A stretch of 64,000 nt of DNA from an uncultured archaeon. GTDB taxonomy: Archaea; Aenigmatarchaeota; Aenigmatarchaeia; GW2011-AR5. Both the position numbers and the translations under genes were made by a program. The stretch spans positions 82,768-146,767 of the forward strand of contig CAYJTG010000001.1 in the NCBI GenBank assembly GCA_964373255.1, written 5' to 3'. Below, piece by piece: positions 38,621 through 49,392 of the stretch; the first letter of the stretch is position 1, and the number at the start of each line of letters is the position of its first letter. The notes beneath the pieces are model-generated. The model was not told the origin of the DNA. It did no database searches and worked only from the letters and a program-made list of their open reading frames with translations.

Positions 38621-38927
38621 GTATTTATATGCTTATCTTATAAATAAAATAACAAAACAGATACTAACAAAATAATCTAGAAGGCTTGAACAATATGTTG
38701 TCAGAAGCGGGGAAAATAAAAGTAGAATATCATAATAAAATGTCTAAACATCACTTATCTAGATACGATAAAATTTACGATGAAAACAGCTGGAGACCAG
38801 TTTTTAATCCCGCTATTTATTTTCATACGATTGCTTGGATTTTGCATAATGGAGCAGCTGAATTATATAAACTTCTTCACGACAAAGATTATATGAGCAG
38901 ACAAGAGTTATACTGCTAATTTTCAAA

Positions 38928-39224
38928 GTGGTAACAATGAAGATAGCTGAAATAAAAGACGACTCGAGAAAAATAAACGTCGAGGCCAAGGTCGTCGAGA
39001 AAGAAGACACGAGAGACGTCACAACAAAGTTCGGCACAACCCTGAAGGTTGCGAACGCCGTCCTCGAGGACGATTCAGGCAGCATCCAGCTCACGCTCTG
39101 GGGCGACGACGCCGACAAGGTCAAGCAGGGCGACACCATAAAGATAGAGAACGGCTTTGTCAAGGAATGGAACAACTCGCTGCAGCTCTCTGTTGGAAAA
39201 TACGGTAAATTGACTGTGCTATAA
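38928..39224 (+). CDS. OB-fold nucleic-acid-binding protein (RPA/SSB-like single OB domain)
   Basis: KIAEIKDDSRKINVEAKVV...FGTTLKVANAVLEDDSGSIQLTLWGD...GDTIKIENGFVKEWNNSLQLSVGKYGKLTV matches the archaeal RPA-like OB pattern. Confidence 0.55.
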   Translation: MVTMKIAEIKDDSRKINVEAKVVEKEDTRDVTTKFGTTLKVANAVLEDDSGSIQLTLWGDDADKVKQGDTIKIENGFVKEWNNSLQLSVGKYGKLTVL

Positions 39225-39321
39225 TTTTTCAAGTCTTCGGAAGGCTTTTTCTGATGAAAAAAGATTAGTCAAGAAAAATTACCGCTTCTTTGAATTCTTC
39301 TGAAAACCGCTGACTCTGTCC

Positions 39322-39413
39322 AGTATCTCCGAAAGTTGGATTACTGCCTCTTTGCAGTAATCCTCTACCGAGGTATACGCCAAGAGACGTATACCTCACT
39401 TTCGGAGATACTA
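39322..39413. repeat. Repeat family A copy 2, abutting the stop of the M50 protease gene
   Basis: Same terminal inverted repeat and both internal hairpins as copy 1. Confidence 0.7.
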
Positions 39414-39421
39414 CTATCCGT

Positions 39422-40027
39422 TCACAAAACCACAAACATCGCTATCAGGATTACGAAGACCGCTGCGAATATTCTCCTGTCCCACGCAAAGACTTTTGAT
39501 CCGTCCAGAGGCGGTATTGGCAGCATGTTGAACAAGGCCAGCCAGATGTTTATGCTCGTCCCCATCTGCCATAATTTTGACGGAGAAAACATATTTAGTG
39601 CAAAGAACACAAGCCCCAGTATAATATTGACAACAGGGCCTGCAAGCGATATTATCCCGTACTTCTTTTTTGTGATTGGCTTCGTGTCGCCCCACAAGTC
39701 AGGGCGGCCGCCGATAACAACAGCGCCCGGCGCTGCAAACACAAACCCCGCAAATGAAAATACCAAAGCGATCAACAAGCCTGTTTTCCACATCTTGAAT
39801 TCAGCGTAGTAATTATACCTCTGCGCAAACAGCTTGTGCCCGATCAGTTCGTGCGCTATGAATCCTATGCCTACAACCACAAAGGAAAATGCTATCGAAA
39901 TTGGCAGCTTCTCTATGCTTGCCATTGCCCTGAGACCACCTGAGAACACTATTCCAAACGCCACAGAAAGAACTATCGTTGCTATTAGTATCTCTTTGAT
40001 TTCCTGAGTCGAGAACGTCAGCTTCAT
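39422..40027 (-). CDS. M50-family (site-2 protease-like) membrane metalloprotease
   Basis: HELIGH (HExxH) in TM and the downstream MLPIPPLDG motif. Confidence 0.7.
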   Translation of the reverse strand: MKLTFSTQEIKEILIATIVLSVAFGIVFSGGLRAMASIEKLPISIAFSFVVVGIGFIAHELIGHKLFAQRYNYYAEFKMWKTGLLIALVFSFAGFVFAAPGAVVIGGRPDLWGDTKPITKKKYGIISLAGPVVNIILGLVFFALNMFSPSKLWQMGTSINIWLALFNMLPIPPLDGSKVFAWDRRIFAAVFVILIAMFVVL

Positions 40028-40547
40028 AATACCCTCACTTCGTGAGTCTATACCATATTATTATTTTTTTTCCTCAATTAATTTCTTTTGATTAATCTTT
40101 TCTTTTTCCGCTACAATTTTTCTTACTCAATTTTCTTTAGAAAAGAAAATTGAGTGGAGGCGCGTCCTCGGTGGAAGCCGCCTGCAAAAATGGTTTGTCC
40201 GGCACCATTGCTCCGCCCAGTTTTCCCATGAGCATTGCAAATATAACTTATGTCTGCTACGTTCCCGTTCTCATTCCCCAGCCTTTTCAATTCTTTGCAA
40301 AAAGTCTTTCGCTTTTTGCAGATTTCCCAAGGCTTTTCTTTTGCGAAAGAAAAGGCTTACAGGTTCGCTATACTTGTAATCCCACAGGTCTGGACTTCTA
40401 CGCTCTGATGCTGGGCCATGATTGCAATCAGAATCGCCCTCGAACTTCGGTCCCGCCTATAGCGGATTGACGGCAACAGGTGTCCGCTACCCACCCGACC
40501 TAGCCTCCAAGATTAATTATAGGGAAATGCTTAAGAAGAAAGTGAAA

Positions 40548-41003
40548 TTACACGCACTTTGCCCCTTTCTTGTAGGTATCGGATACCCCGCCACAGTTTG
40601 TGGTCACCGTCACGTAGGCGAAATCACCACAACTTGGCACGCTAAGGTTTGAGAACGTCAGCGTCACAACCTCGCCGACATCGAAGTCTATTACAGGCAT
40701 GCTAGAAGCAGAAAAGCTCGTGCCTGTTCTGTTCGTCAGTACGCCGTTAACTATAATCATGTCGTCCTTCAGCCCGTTGTTGATGGCGCTCACGCGGGCC
40801 GTACCCGCTGTGCCGTTGGTCAGAAACACGTCTGATATGCTTACAGACGCGCCGGAGCACTCAGCAGACGTGCCAGTCCTGTTTTGAATTGTCTCTGTCG
40901 AGCTTGTTACAAGGTCTGTACTGAATGTTGTTATGATTGTTGCAAGAATAACGACTATAACAACAAGAAGCACTGTTGCAATCAGCGGCGAAACTCCTTT
41001 CAT
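40548..41003 (-). CDS. Archaeal type IV pilin-like protein with class III signal peptide (MKGVSPLIATVLLVVIVV)
   Basis: KG|VSPLIA prepilin peptidase-type signal then a hydrophobic helix; Thr/Ser-rich body. Confidence 0.6.
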   Translation of the reverse strand: MKGVSPLIATVLLVVIVVILATIITTFSTDLVTSSTETIQNRTGTSAECSGASVSISDVFLTNGTAGTARVSAINNGLKDDMIIVNGVLTNRTGTSFSASSMPVIDFDVGEVVTLTFSNLSVPSCGDFAYVTVTTNCGGVSDTYKKGAKCV

Positions 41004-41222
41004 AGTCTATCGTTGTTATTACTACACCACAGAGCAATATTTATAGGTTGTGGGTATCTCTAAAACCTGAATGATAATTTATGTCCAAATCAACCAAAAT
41101 TGTGAAAAATCTTTTCGCCTGCTCGCAAGACATAAATTTTGGAATGAAGTTTGTGAAATTTCATAGAAGCTGTGCTCAAGCATCTCTGCTATTGCACACG
41201 AAAAACTTTGTTTCACTATATC

Positions 41223-41714
41223 TCAGCAGTTTGCGAACGTGACTTCGCTCCCTGGAATGGAATTGGCACCCTGGCTGGGGCAGTTGACGCTGTTCACGGT
41301 TATCTTGTCGACCGTCCTGTTGATGCCTGTGCACGTGCCTGTGCTCGCGTTCGACAGCGTGACCGTGGAGCCTGCATCAATCGTTGTGTCATTCAAACCA
41401 AATGCAAATACCGTGCCTGTCGTATTCTGGATATAAATCCTGTTCATAAGCAGCGATACCCTGCCTGAATTTTTGACGCTCAGCGTAACGGTGTGTGTGG
41501 TTCCGGATGCGCAGTTATTTGAGCAGTTGTACGTAGCCGACTTTATAAAAAGATTGCTGAACTCGCACCTGAGCTGCTCGTTCGTGAGGTTTTTTATCGA
41601 GGCCGTGCGCTCGCTCGACAACGACGGCAGCCACCCGATTACGATCGCCGACAGCCCTACGCCCATGACGACTAGCATCAATGCCTCTATGAGCGGGCTG
41701 ACACCTTTTTTCAT
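41223..41714 (-). CDS. Archaeal pilin-like protein (class III signal MKKGVSPLIEALMLVV)
   Basis: Paralog of 40548..41003. Start moved to the internal Met; the upstream part of the track ORF overlaps repeat C. Confidence 0.55.
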   Translation of the reverse strand: MKKGVSPLIEALMLVVMGVGLSAIVIGWLPSLSSERTASIKNLTNEQLRCEFSNLFIKSATYNCSNNCASGTTHTVTLSVKNSGRVSLLMNRIYIQNTTGTVFAFGLNDTTIDAGSTVTLSNASTGTCTGINRTVDKITVNSVNCPSQGANSIPGSEVTFANC

Positions 41715-41754
41715 ACGCATGATTAGCACCTGCACGATTGAATTCCATATTCGT

Positions 41755-41880
41755 ATGATGATGGTCGACGTAGACATATACGTCTGTTGACGTATATGTC
41801 AGCTAGAGGCATTGTCAATACAGATAGACGCACTTCGTGCGTCAGTTTGTTACAATGCCTCTCACGTCGACCATCATACT
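41755..41880. repeat. Repeat family C copy 3 (inverted), between two pilin genes
   Basis: tgtcagctagaggcattgtcaatacagatagacgcacttcgtgcgtcagtttgtt plus the cgtcgacgtagacatatacgtc module. Confidence 0.6.
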
Positions 41881-42054
41881 TTAATGGAATTCAATCCACC
41901 TGCACTGTTTATAGATATACATTGTTTATAGATATAGTTAGCCATATAGATAAAATTAGCGCATGACAAAATTGCCGTAAACATTGCATATTTCTTATCA
42001 GTCACTATCAAGAAATCGAAAGTGCGCATGCTATTTTATCCGCTATTTTCGCAT

Positions 42055-42492
42055 TCACCTGAACTTCAGCGATATTATTTCCTGCGGGCAGTTTGTCGCC
42101 ACGACCTCTATCTTATCGGGCTTTGCCGTGTTGCCTGTGCTGACAACAAAGAACGTAGCCGTTACAGGCGGCAGAGGGTCCGTGACGTTGTAGTCCTTCA
42201 GCGTATAAACCTTGTTTTTCGTCACGTCGCCATACTCGACGGTGGCCTTCAGGTCTGTAAGATTCATATATCCGCTTGTGTTTCTTATCTTTACGCTTAT
42301 TGTACCGTTGTTGAAAGAAAGCGAGCTCAGATCCAGCACTCCGAGGCAGTCTGCAGCTGCCGTGGCCGAAGCGAGCCTCTGGGCGGAAAACGTGTTCGCC
42401 CACGCAGCCATGATGCCTGCTATAACCATGGTGAAGGCGATGAGCAAAACCGTTGCTATGAGCGGTGACACGCCCTTGAAACGCTGCTTCAT
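42055..42492 (-). CDS. Archaeal pilin-like protein (MKQRFKGVSPLIATVLLIAF)
   Basis: Class III signal paralog; start at an internal Met. Confidence 0.55.
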   Translation of the reverse strand: MKQRFKGVSPLIATVLLIAFTMVIAGIMAAWANTFSAQRLASATAAADCLGVLDLSSLSFNNGTISVKIRNTSGYMNLTDLKATVEYGDVTKNKVYTLKDYNVTDPLPPVTATFFVVSTGNTAKPDKIEVVATNCPQEIISLKFR

Positions 42493-42853
42493 GATAAACC
42501 TACCTTTTTCCTGCCTCTTCATTTCTGATGCAATTAATTATGCAAGGGCTATATAAATAATTTTTCGGACGCAGGAGAAACCCATTGCAGCCGATCAATA
42601 AGGCAAAACAAACCGGACTTGCAAAGCGGCCGAATTTCTCGTTGCTTTGCCTATGATTTGTAAACAGAAAGCGAAATCTTTTACTCTATTAATGTGCTAC
42701 AAGATAGGATAGTCAACAATTCATCCGCACGCTGAAGCAATCGGCGTTCTTGTCGATGATAGTAAATGTGATGCACTTATGGTTTGCTAACGCCGCTAAA
42801 CAAAAAATCAAGACAAAAACAAAAAGAGAAACGGTTCAGCTCGCTTCAGGTCT

Positions 42854-43261
42854 TTAGCAGGTCCTGGTGTCTGAAAATGCTGCCGTAGTTACCTTAAGTG
42901 TGCCGCCTGAAGAACAAGATGCAGTTAATGTACAGGTAGCTAGCCCTGATGAATTTATAATTATGCCATCAGTAGCAGGACCGAAGGTACATGTTTTCAG
43001 GGCATTATCTACATAAAACCCTAGTACAGTGCTATTTATGGGTGGGTTTCCGCTGTTTCTTAGGACAACCGTTGTGCCACTTACGCCGTCTATAGTTATT
43101 GCTTGTCGAATATTTTTAGTTAGATCCTCTAGCCCTGTTGACGTTACATTTGCCGCTGCACCGAATAGCTTCTGGAAGAACCCGAAGCTGTAGCCAACTA
43201 TTGCTATAGTGATGATGAGCAACAGGATGGTCGCTATGACAGGCGTTATTCCTTTTTTCAT
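42854..43261 (-). CDS. Archaeal pilin-like protein (MKKGITPVIATILLLIIT)
   Basis: Class III signal paralog. Confidence 0.6.
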   Translation of the reverse strand: MKKGITPVIATILLLIITIAIVGYSFGFFQKLFGAAANVTSTGLEDLTKNIRQAITIDGVSGTTVVLRNSGNPPINSTVLGFYVDNALKTCTFGPATDGIIINSSGLATCTLTASCSSGGTLKVTTAAFSDTRTC

Positions 43262-43339
43262 GAAAATCCCCTAATTACGTTGCCATTAATTGTGTACAGG
43301 TCATATAAATAACTTACTGTAATTTTTCCAAAATTGTAT

Positions 43340-43807
43340 TTATGAGCATTTTGGTGTTCCATCGAATACGTTGGAAATGCCGCCGCAGTTCGTGGTTACA
43401 ATCACTTTCGAGAATGCATTCGGGCAGCTCGCCGAAGAGAAGCTCACATTGCTGAACGTGAGCGTTACTATGTTTCCGCGGTCAAAGTTTGTGACCGGCG
43501 TGTCCGGCGTGCTGAAGTTGCTTCCCGTCTTGTTGAATACCTGGCCGTCCTGGACGACCAGGTCGTCTGTGTAGCCCGAGTTCTTCACTATCGCCCTCAC
43601 GGTCGACGAGCTCGAGGACCCGCTTATGAAGACGTCCTGTATGCTCACAGACGCCGAAGTGCACTCCACGGTCTTGGCGGACGTGTTGGACGTTATCGCC
43701 GTGCTCGACCTAATCGTCGTCGACAGCGACCCGTAAATTATTGTCGCGATTGTCATCGACACTACTATAAGCATGACCGCGGCTATGAGCGGTGATACGC
43801 CTTTCAT
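43340..43807 (-). CDS. Archaeal pilin-like protein (MKGVSPLIAAVMLIVVSM)
   Basis: Class III signal paralog; closest to 40548..41003. Confidence 0.6.
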   Translation of the reverse strand: MKGVSPLIAAVMLIVVSMTIATIIYGSLSTTIRSSTAITSNTSAKTVECTSASVSIQDVFISGSSSSSTVRAIVKNSGYTDDLVVQDGQVFNKTGSNFSTPDTPVTNFDRGNIVTLTFSNVSFSSASCPNAFSKVIVTTNCGGISNVFDGTPKCS

Positions 43808-43861
43808 ATATAATTATTTGCACGCAAGCCATATAAGTAGAATACACATGTGGTCTCGATA

Positions 43862-43968
43862 TTATTATGAAGCAAGTAAATGATCTGGATATTATAACTT
43901 GCTTCATATACATGGAGAATCGAAGATTCTCCTGTACAGGTGAAGCGTAGCTTCATCATGTATAGCAA
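43862..43968. repeat. Repeat family B partial copy 3, directly upstream of the pilin gene 43340..43807
   Basis: catatacatggagaatcgaagattctcctgtacaggtgaagcgtagcttcatcatgtat matches the central part of copies 1 and 2. Confidence 0.6.
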
Positions 43969-44122
43969 ACAAGAAATATAATATCTGATTCTTTTCTTGT
44001 TTAGCTATAATAGCGATAAAATTTTGTTTTGTCAATTGCCCGCCACCAAAGCGGCGGGCGTGAGTAGGACAAAGCAAGCCTGCTATTTAGATTTTAATTT
44101 TATGGAACTCATGTTTGTAAAT

Positions 44123-44917
44123 TCAACGTATATTCCTGACGTCCATTACAAGAAAGTCCGCCCCCGCGTAAAGCTTGTAGTAGACGTCGTAGCTCAGCGA
44201 TGTCGCGTTGACAAAGAAATGCGCCGTGCACGCGGGCAGCAGCGTGCCGTTCCTCTGCAGCTCGCTGTAGCCGCGGCCGCTTGACGTGGATACGTTGCTG
44301 TCTATCGTGATGGACGAGTTTGCAAACGTTATGGTCGTGTTGCCCGTCTTCTCGACAAGCCTGATGAGGTTTGACGACGTGCTTATGTTCGAGAGGTTTA
44401 CGTTTTTGGCGACCCTCTGGAAAACCGCCTTCAGGAAAGAATTTTCAACGACAAGGTCGGCGATTCCGTCGTTATTTCCGTCCGTCTCAGAGCACTGGAC
44501 GTCGTCGCCGCCTATGAATAATATATTATTTTTCATGCTGCGCGTTAGGTACTCAACGCCAAAGACGTTTGTGCCCTCTTTCTTGAACTCGATTGAGTCC
44601 TCTGATGGTATGGACTCAAACCTTTCCGAAGTCGTAAACGACACGACCCGAGTTGCGTTGAACCCTTCCGCCATGACCTCCCTCATGCCATTGTCAATCA
44701 GCTGCAGTATGTCTTCCACCTTGCTGACCTCCACGAACGACGTGGACGATTGCACGGCCGACCGGCTCGTGACCAGGACTATCGTGATCGCGGCTATTAC
44801 TATGACAATCGTGAGGACAAACGAGAAAGTCGATGCTATGCCCTTTGAATAGACAGAACAAGATTCTTTTGATGCTTTTGGTTTTGTTTTGTCCTTTTCT
44901 TTAATCATTTTCACCAC
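44123..44917 (-). CDS. Pilus-associated/minor pilin-like protein with KG|IASTF class-III-type signal
   Basis: ORF; N-terminal basic region then a hydrophobic helix; part of an overlapping operon. Confidence 0.45.
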   Translation of the reverse strand: MVKMIKEKDKTKPKASKESCSVYSKGIASTFSFVLTIVIVIAAITIVLVTSRSAVQSSTSFVEVSKVEDILQLIDNGMREVMAEGFNATRVVSFTTSERFESIPSEDSIEFKKEGTNVFGVEYLTRSMKNNILFIGGDDVQCSETDGNNDGIADLVVENSFLKAVFQRVAKNVNLSNISTSSNLIRLVEKTGNTTITFANSSITIDSNVSTSSGRGYSELQRNGTLLPACTAHFFVNATSLSYDVYYKLYAGADFLVMDVRNIR

Positions 44918-45522
44918 GTCCTGTTGTACGTCTCCTTCCTGTTTATCGAAGACCTCTCGCCCCTCAGAGTCACGTCAAAAATGCCTGCCGTCGAATTTCT
45001 CCCAGCTGCCGCGAGGGAAAATATTTCCGTAACGTCTTCAGCCCCTTTTTTGTAGTAAACCGTGATGTTCACGGTGCCGTTGACGCTTGACGAAAAGTAG
45101 AGCGACGAGCTTTGTTTGTCGCCAAGAAATGTATAATTGCTCGAAGGCGTCGAGCTCGTGGCGTTCACGGTCACGTTTACAGCCCTGTCCAGGTAGTTTC
45201 CCACAATTACAGAATACCTCTGGTCTGATTTGTTATACAGGGCTACCACGTAAAATACGTTGCTGTCAAATTCGCTGCGCATGTAAGCTGAAAAATTCGA
45301 CATGGCTCTTTTCACCGCCTCGTCGGGCGTGCTGCTGAGCGTTGCCGCGCCGAGGGAAAATATATATTCGTTCATGACATTCTTTATGTTTTTCTCAGGC
45401 ACCATGGTGTCCTGAAATCTTTTTTCCTCGGTTATGTGCGGCGCGCCGACAACGTTAAACACAAGAACTATGCCCGTTATGATGATTATCGCAGCGAGCA
45501 GAAACATCTGTCCTTTCATCAT
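44911..45522 (-). CDS. Minor pilin-like protein (MMKGQMFLLAAIIIITGIVLV)
   Basis: ORF with 7-nt overlap with the downstream gene; Asn/Ser/Thr-rich body (N-glycosylation sequons). Confidence 0.45.
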   Translation of the reverse strand: MMKGQMFLLAAIIIITGIVLVFNVVGAPHITEEKRFQDTMVPEKNIKNVMNEYIFSLGAATLSSTPDEAVKRAMSNFSAYMRSEFDSNVFYVVALYNKSDQRYSVIVGNYLDRAVNVTVNATSSTPSSNYTFLGDKQSSSLYFSSSVNGTVNITVYYKKGAEDVTEIFSLAAAGRNSTAGIFDVTLRGERSSINRKETYNRTW

Positions 45523-45953
45523 GAACTACCCCACATCCAGAGCTTTATCTTCTTGGTAAAAAACGCGTCCCTGTATCCTGACACGTAATAGTCAACGGTG
45601 ATGATGCTCGTGCCAGACGGCACGTTGCCCGCGCACACGTCCGTGCATACGTCTGTCTCGAGCGATATCGATGACGGCAGAAGCGCCTTCAGCTTCTCCT
45701 CAAGCGTTATTTCATTTCCAGAGAACGCCAGGAACCTCAGCTCGCCCGCCTGATCAAGATACTCCAGCGCCTCAAACCCCTGCTTCTTTATGAGGGCTGT
45801 TTTTGCCGACGCCGGGGCCTGCGTCGAGCTGAAGATAATGACCATCGAGACCATTATTAATGACACAGCTATGATGACCTCAAGCGTAAACAGGTAGCCC
45901 TTGTGATGATTATTTTTTAGTGCATTACCACGTCTGTACCACGATCTTTCCAT
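45519..45953 (-). CDS. Small pilin-like/membrane protein
   Basis: ORF with 4-nt overlap; hydrophobic N-terminal helix after a basic stretch. Confidence 0.4.
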   Translation of the reverse strand: MERSWYRRGNALKNNHHKGYLFTLEVIIAVSLIMVSMVIIFSSTQAPASAKTALIKKQGFEALEYLDQAGELRFLAFSGNEITLEEKLKALLPSSISLETDVCTDVCAGNVPSGTSIITVDYYVSGYRDAFFTKKIKLWMWGSS

Positions 45954-46767
45954 CGATTACCCCTCCTGTTGAGTTCTGAAAGAGTGCATAGCGCTGCACG
46001 CTTACGACATTTTCCGCCCTCGACACCTCTCCGCCGTACTCGAAAAAGACGGTGTTTGGCGAGACCTCTGTGTTGTACAGCGTTATCCTGAAGTCCCTGC
46101 CCTGCAGCGACGGCATTACGGCAGAGTAGTTTGAGCTGTTGAGCGCCTGAAGCTTTTTGTGCTGTACGACTGTCAGCGGATAGGCAGGATAGATTGTCTC
46201 GCCTATAACGTTGCTGCCCGTTATGTTTGTGGACCTGCTTGAGAAGTTGCTGTCGTCGTCGAAATAGAGAATGAAGACCTTAATGGCGTTCGCGCTTATG
46301 TCTCTCCTGAATGTTATAGCGCTGCCGTTTATCTGGTAAGGCACCTCTGTCGAGCCGTCGTAGATCACTGTTGAATTGACATCTATCCCGGAAAATCCCA
46401 TGTCACTATAATTAAAAGACACGAGCTCATTGCTGAGGTCGGTGACGCTCTGGCTCTGGTTGATGAGAAAGGACTGGTTGTTGCTCATGATTATTTCAAG
46501 CCTGTACGACCTGGTCGAAAGCCCGATCCTCTGGACGTCGCCCGTACCGTTCCATCCTGCTGGCGTGAATTCAAAATCCGCGACGCCCAAAAGGCTCAGC
46601 GCGTGCGCCGTGAGCACCTCCGTCTGCGACGTACTCTCCACGGTCGTGAAGAATGCGGTTATCGTCTGGACAACAACCGCAAACACGACTATGAACACGG
46701 CGATGGCTATGATGAAATCTATCTGTATGGCGCCTTTCTTTCTGCTCTGTAGAAAACCTATGATCAT
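45925..46767 (-). CDS. Pilin-like secreted protein (RKKGAIQIDFIIAIAVFIVV class III signal); many NxS/T sequons
   Basis: Start placed at an internal Met, giving an ATGA overlap with the upstream gene stop (46764). Confidence 0.45.
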   Translation of the reverse strand: MIIGFLQSRKKGAIQIDFIIAIAVFIVVFAVVVQTITAFFTTVESTSQTEVLTAHALSLLGVADFEFTPAGWNGTGDVQRIGLSTRSYRLEIIMSNNQSFLINQSQSVTDLSNELVSFNYSDMGFSGIDVNSTVIYDGSTEVPYQINGSAITFRRDISANAIKVFILYFDDDSNFSSRSTNITGSNVIGETIYPAYPLTVVQHKKLQALNSSNYSAVMPSLQGRDFRITLYNTEVSPNTVFFEYGGEVSRAENVVSVQRYALFQNSTGGVIDGKIVVQTW

Positions 46768-47399
46768 ACACTTTTCATCTCGACAGCGTCTGAAGTTGTG
46801 TTGCGCAGGAATGATATCCTCGTCAGTCCGCCTGATGTATGTCCGGAGTACGTCGCGTTGAGCCCTACGACGCACGTGGCGTTGAAATAAAGCCCCGACG
46901 TCTCTAACCTTATGGACGCGTTCTGGAACTTTGCGGTATATTCTGCATCAGCCAGCTTGTCGGGCAGGTTGACATCGAGCGAGCTTCTGGAAGCCGCGGG
47001 CGACCTGTACGAAGACGCGTAGAAAATTTTCTCAACGCCCCCACGCAGTGTAAGGCAAAGCTGGTCGATCTCGCTCTCCGCCGCGAACAGCTGAAAATCT
47101 TCGTGCAGCGATACGAACGTATTCACGATGACGAGTATGAAGAATATTACAAAGCCAAGCAGAAGCGTATGAGTCAGGAGCGTTGCCTGGCCTTTTCTAC
47201 AGAGCTTTGATTCTGTTTTTTTGCCTCTGTTGAAATTCTCAACAAAAGCGTCGACGTGAGAGGCATTGAAACAAACTGACGCACGGAGTGCGTCTATCTG
47301 TTCAGACAATGCCTCTAGCTGACCCATACGTCGATAGACGTATGGGTCTACGTCGACACTTTTGACATAGGTTTTTAACAGAGCTGGTTTTTTCATCAT
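46764..47399 (-). CDS. Pilin-like protein whose N-terminal ~45 codons are encoded by a family-C repeat copy; true start uncertain
   Basis: ATGA coupling to the upstream gene. Class-III-like RKG|QATLLTHTLLLGFVIFFILV segment after the repeat-derived region. Confidence 0.4.
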   Translation of the reverse strand: MMKKPALLKTYVKSVDVDPYVYRRMGQLEALSEQIDALRASVCFNASHVDAFVENFNRGKKTESKLCRKGQATLLTHTLLLGFVIFFILVIVNTFVSLHEDFQLFAAESEIDQLCLTLRGGVEKIFYASSYRSPAASRSSLDVNLPDKLADAEYTAKFQNASIRLETSGLYFNATCVVGLNATYSGHTSGGLTRISFLRNTTSDAVEMKSV

Positions 47400-47983
47400 A
47401 TCACGGCTGCAGATATATTGAATATATTTCCGATCCTTCCCTGGTTTCTGATAAGGAGCTTCACGGGCCCGTTCATGACGGTCTTGTTATGTATGTCGGC
47501 GTTCTGGTATTCGAGCCGCATGAAAAAGAAGAATGTGCCTGCAACGGGCAGCACAATATTCCCAAAGGTCCTTGAAATTAGCCTGAAGTCCTCTGCGTCC
47601 TTTGCGTGGGCGTCTATATTGTTCCACGTGCCGCTCGTAAATGCAAGAAGGAATCTGTTGTTGTACGCCTCCTGCGTCATGCGGAGCAAATACTCACTGG
47701 AAGAATAAGACGTGTTTATGTGGATATTCAGAAATTCCGACCCCGCGAACGCAAGGCCAAAAACCTTGCCGTTCCTCTCAGAGGATACGAACTTCTTGTC
47801 CATCGTTGGGAATGTTATCTCACTTGTCTGGCTTCCTGAAAAGTCTGTCCCGTTTGTGCGTATCGTGTCCGACTTGTCGCCGCCGATATTGAACGCAAAG
47901 TTCATGGATACGCTCCTCGCGTAAGCTGTGGGCAATAATATAGTCAATAGAAGAAACGCCAGAAGAAATACGCGTATATTCAT
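47396..47983 (-). CDS. Secreted protein with Sec-type signal peptide (MNIRVFLLAFLLLTILLPTAYA)
   Basis: ORF; first gene of the overlapping pilus-associated operon. Confidence 0.45.
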   Translation of the reverse strand: MNIRVFLLAFLLLTILLPTAYARSVSMNFAFNIGGDKSDTIRTNGTDFSGSQTSEITFPTMDKKFVSSERNGKVFGLAFAGSEFLNIHINTSYSSSEYLLRMTQEAYNNRFLLAFTSGTWNNIDAHAKDAEDFRLISRTFGNIVLPVAGTFFFFMRLEYQNADIHNKTVMNGPVKLLIRNQGRIGNIFNISAAVI

Positions 47984-48172
47984 GAGTCATTTATTCATTC
48001 GGAATAATAAATGGTTTTGCTTGTGCATTGAAAGATTGAATTCCATTAAAGTATGATCGTCAGCGTGAGCACCATCGCCTTCCTGGCAATGGTGCTAGCT
48101 GCGGTATACATCAAAAGACGTATATCGCTACGCTGACGATCATCATACGAATATGGAATTCAATCCAAAAAA

Positions 48173-48544
48173 TCACAGTATAACATTCCTTACGGCAAAC
48201 ACGTTGACGATGCGCTTATTTTCGAAATCGTATATAACAATCAGAGAATCCGCTGCGCCCTCAAAAACGACAAGATAATCCCCTGCAGCTGCGCCGCTGT
48301 ACACAACGGGCTGCTCGGCCTTCAGACTTGCCAGCTCTGTCTCATCAAGCAACCTCACGTTCACCGTGGCGTTTTCGAACGGCTTTATTTCAGCGTTCTT
48401 CAAAAGCTCTGTGGTTATAGATTGTTTGATATTTTTGCTGTCCACGCTGCCAGAAGTGCTGTAATTATTAAGTAAGACGGACACGACCAGCGCGGCAATA
48501 ACAATCACAATAACCGCAATGGTAAGCAATTTTCTGTTAAGCAT
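48173..48544 (-). CDS. Small membrane-anchored protein
   Basis: ORF with an N-terminal TM. Confidence 0.4.
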   Translation of the reverse strand: MLNRKLLTIAVIVIVIAALVVSVLLNNYSTSGSVDSKNIKQSITTELLKNAEIKPFENATVNVRLLDETELASLKAEQPVVYSGAAAGDYLVVFEGAADSLIVIYDFENKRIVNVFAVRNVIL

Positions 48545-48607
48545 TCTATAAATTAGAGTAATAAACTTAATAAATACTACGATACAGAGAAATTCAAAAA
48601 TTAGAAT

Positions 48608-48698
48608 AGTATCTCAGAAAGTGAGGTATACGCCTCTTGGCGTATACCTCGGTAGAGGATTACTGCCAACAGGCAGTAATCCAACTTTCGGAGATACT
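48608..48698. repeat. Repeat family A copy 3 (inverted; one mismatch in the terminal inverted repeat)
   Basis: agtatctcagaaagtgaggtatacgcctcttggcgtatacctcggtagaggattactgccaacaggcagtaatccaactttcggagatact. Confidence 0.7.
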
Positions 48699-48777
48699 GT
48701 AGAAAGAATCAAAATTATTTCTACATCTCGACATACCTGCAAAAAGTGTTAAGAGAAAAAGTGCGCTTTCCTTTGCT

Positions 48778-49392
48778 TTACGCTATCGTTCCGTTTGCCG
48801 TCATGTAGCAGCCGGTGTTCTGCTCGAACCATGCGCGGTTGAGCGGCCCGGCAATAACAGGAACAGCGCCGTTGAATATCGCCGGTATGCTTGTAATGTT
48901 CAGTTGTAAGCACAGCGGCAGGCTCTGCCCGCTGCAGTCTACGTATATGCGCGGTGAGAATGCGCCCAATTCCTGCAGCTGCACCTGAGTTGCCGTATCG
49001 TTGGCAAGCCCCAAGATACGCACATTCTTGTCGAACAGGCACTGCACGAATGCGCTCTGGTTCTTGAGAGAAGACTTCTGGCCCTCTATCTCGACAAGCC
49101 TGTCTGTCAGGAATAATCCGTTTTTTGTTACGAATACGTCTGCCAGCGTGTCCCGGCCGGTCGCGTCCTTGACCCTGAGCGTTACCTTGTAAAGCCCGTT
49201 TTCGTCGACAGTCTTTATTACCTCTGCAGGGCTTCCACTCACGATCTCATAGAGCGCCTTTACACTCTCTTCGGCCTTGCTGGCGTCTCCTGTCACCTGC
49301 GCCGGCTTTTGTGTAACAAAGTATCCAATAACAAGAAGAAGGACTATAATAATACCAATATATTTGTAGTTTCCTGTCTTTTCTGCTGCCAT
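48778..49392 (-). CDS. Membrane-anchored extracytoplasmic protein
   Basis: Start placed at MAAEKTGNYKYIGIIIVLLLV; the track ORF extends to 49539. Confidence 0.4.
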   Translation of the reverse strand: MAAEKTGNYKYIGIIIVLLLVIGYFVTQKPAQVTGDASKAEESVKALYEIVSGSPAEVIKTVDENGLYKVTLRVKDATGRDTLADVFVTKNGLFLTDRLVEIEGQKSSLKNQSAFVQCLFDKNVRILGLANDTATQVQLQELGAFSPRIYVDCSGQSLPLCLQLNITSIPAIFNGAVPVIAGPLNRAWFEQNTGCYMTANGTIA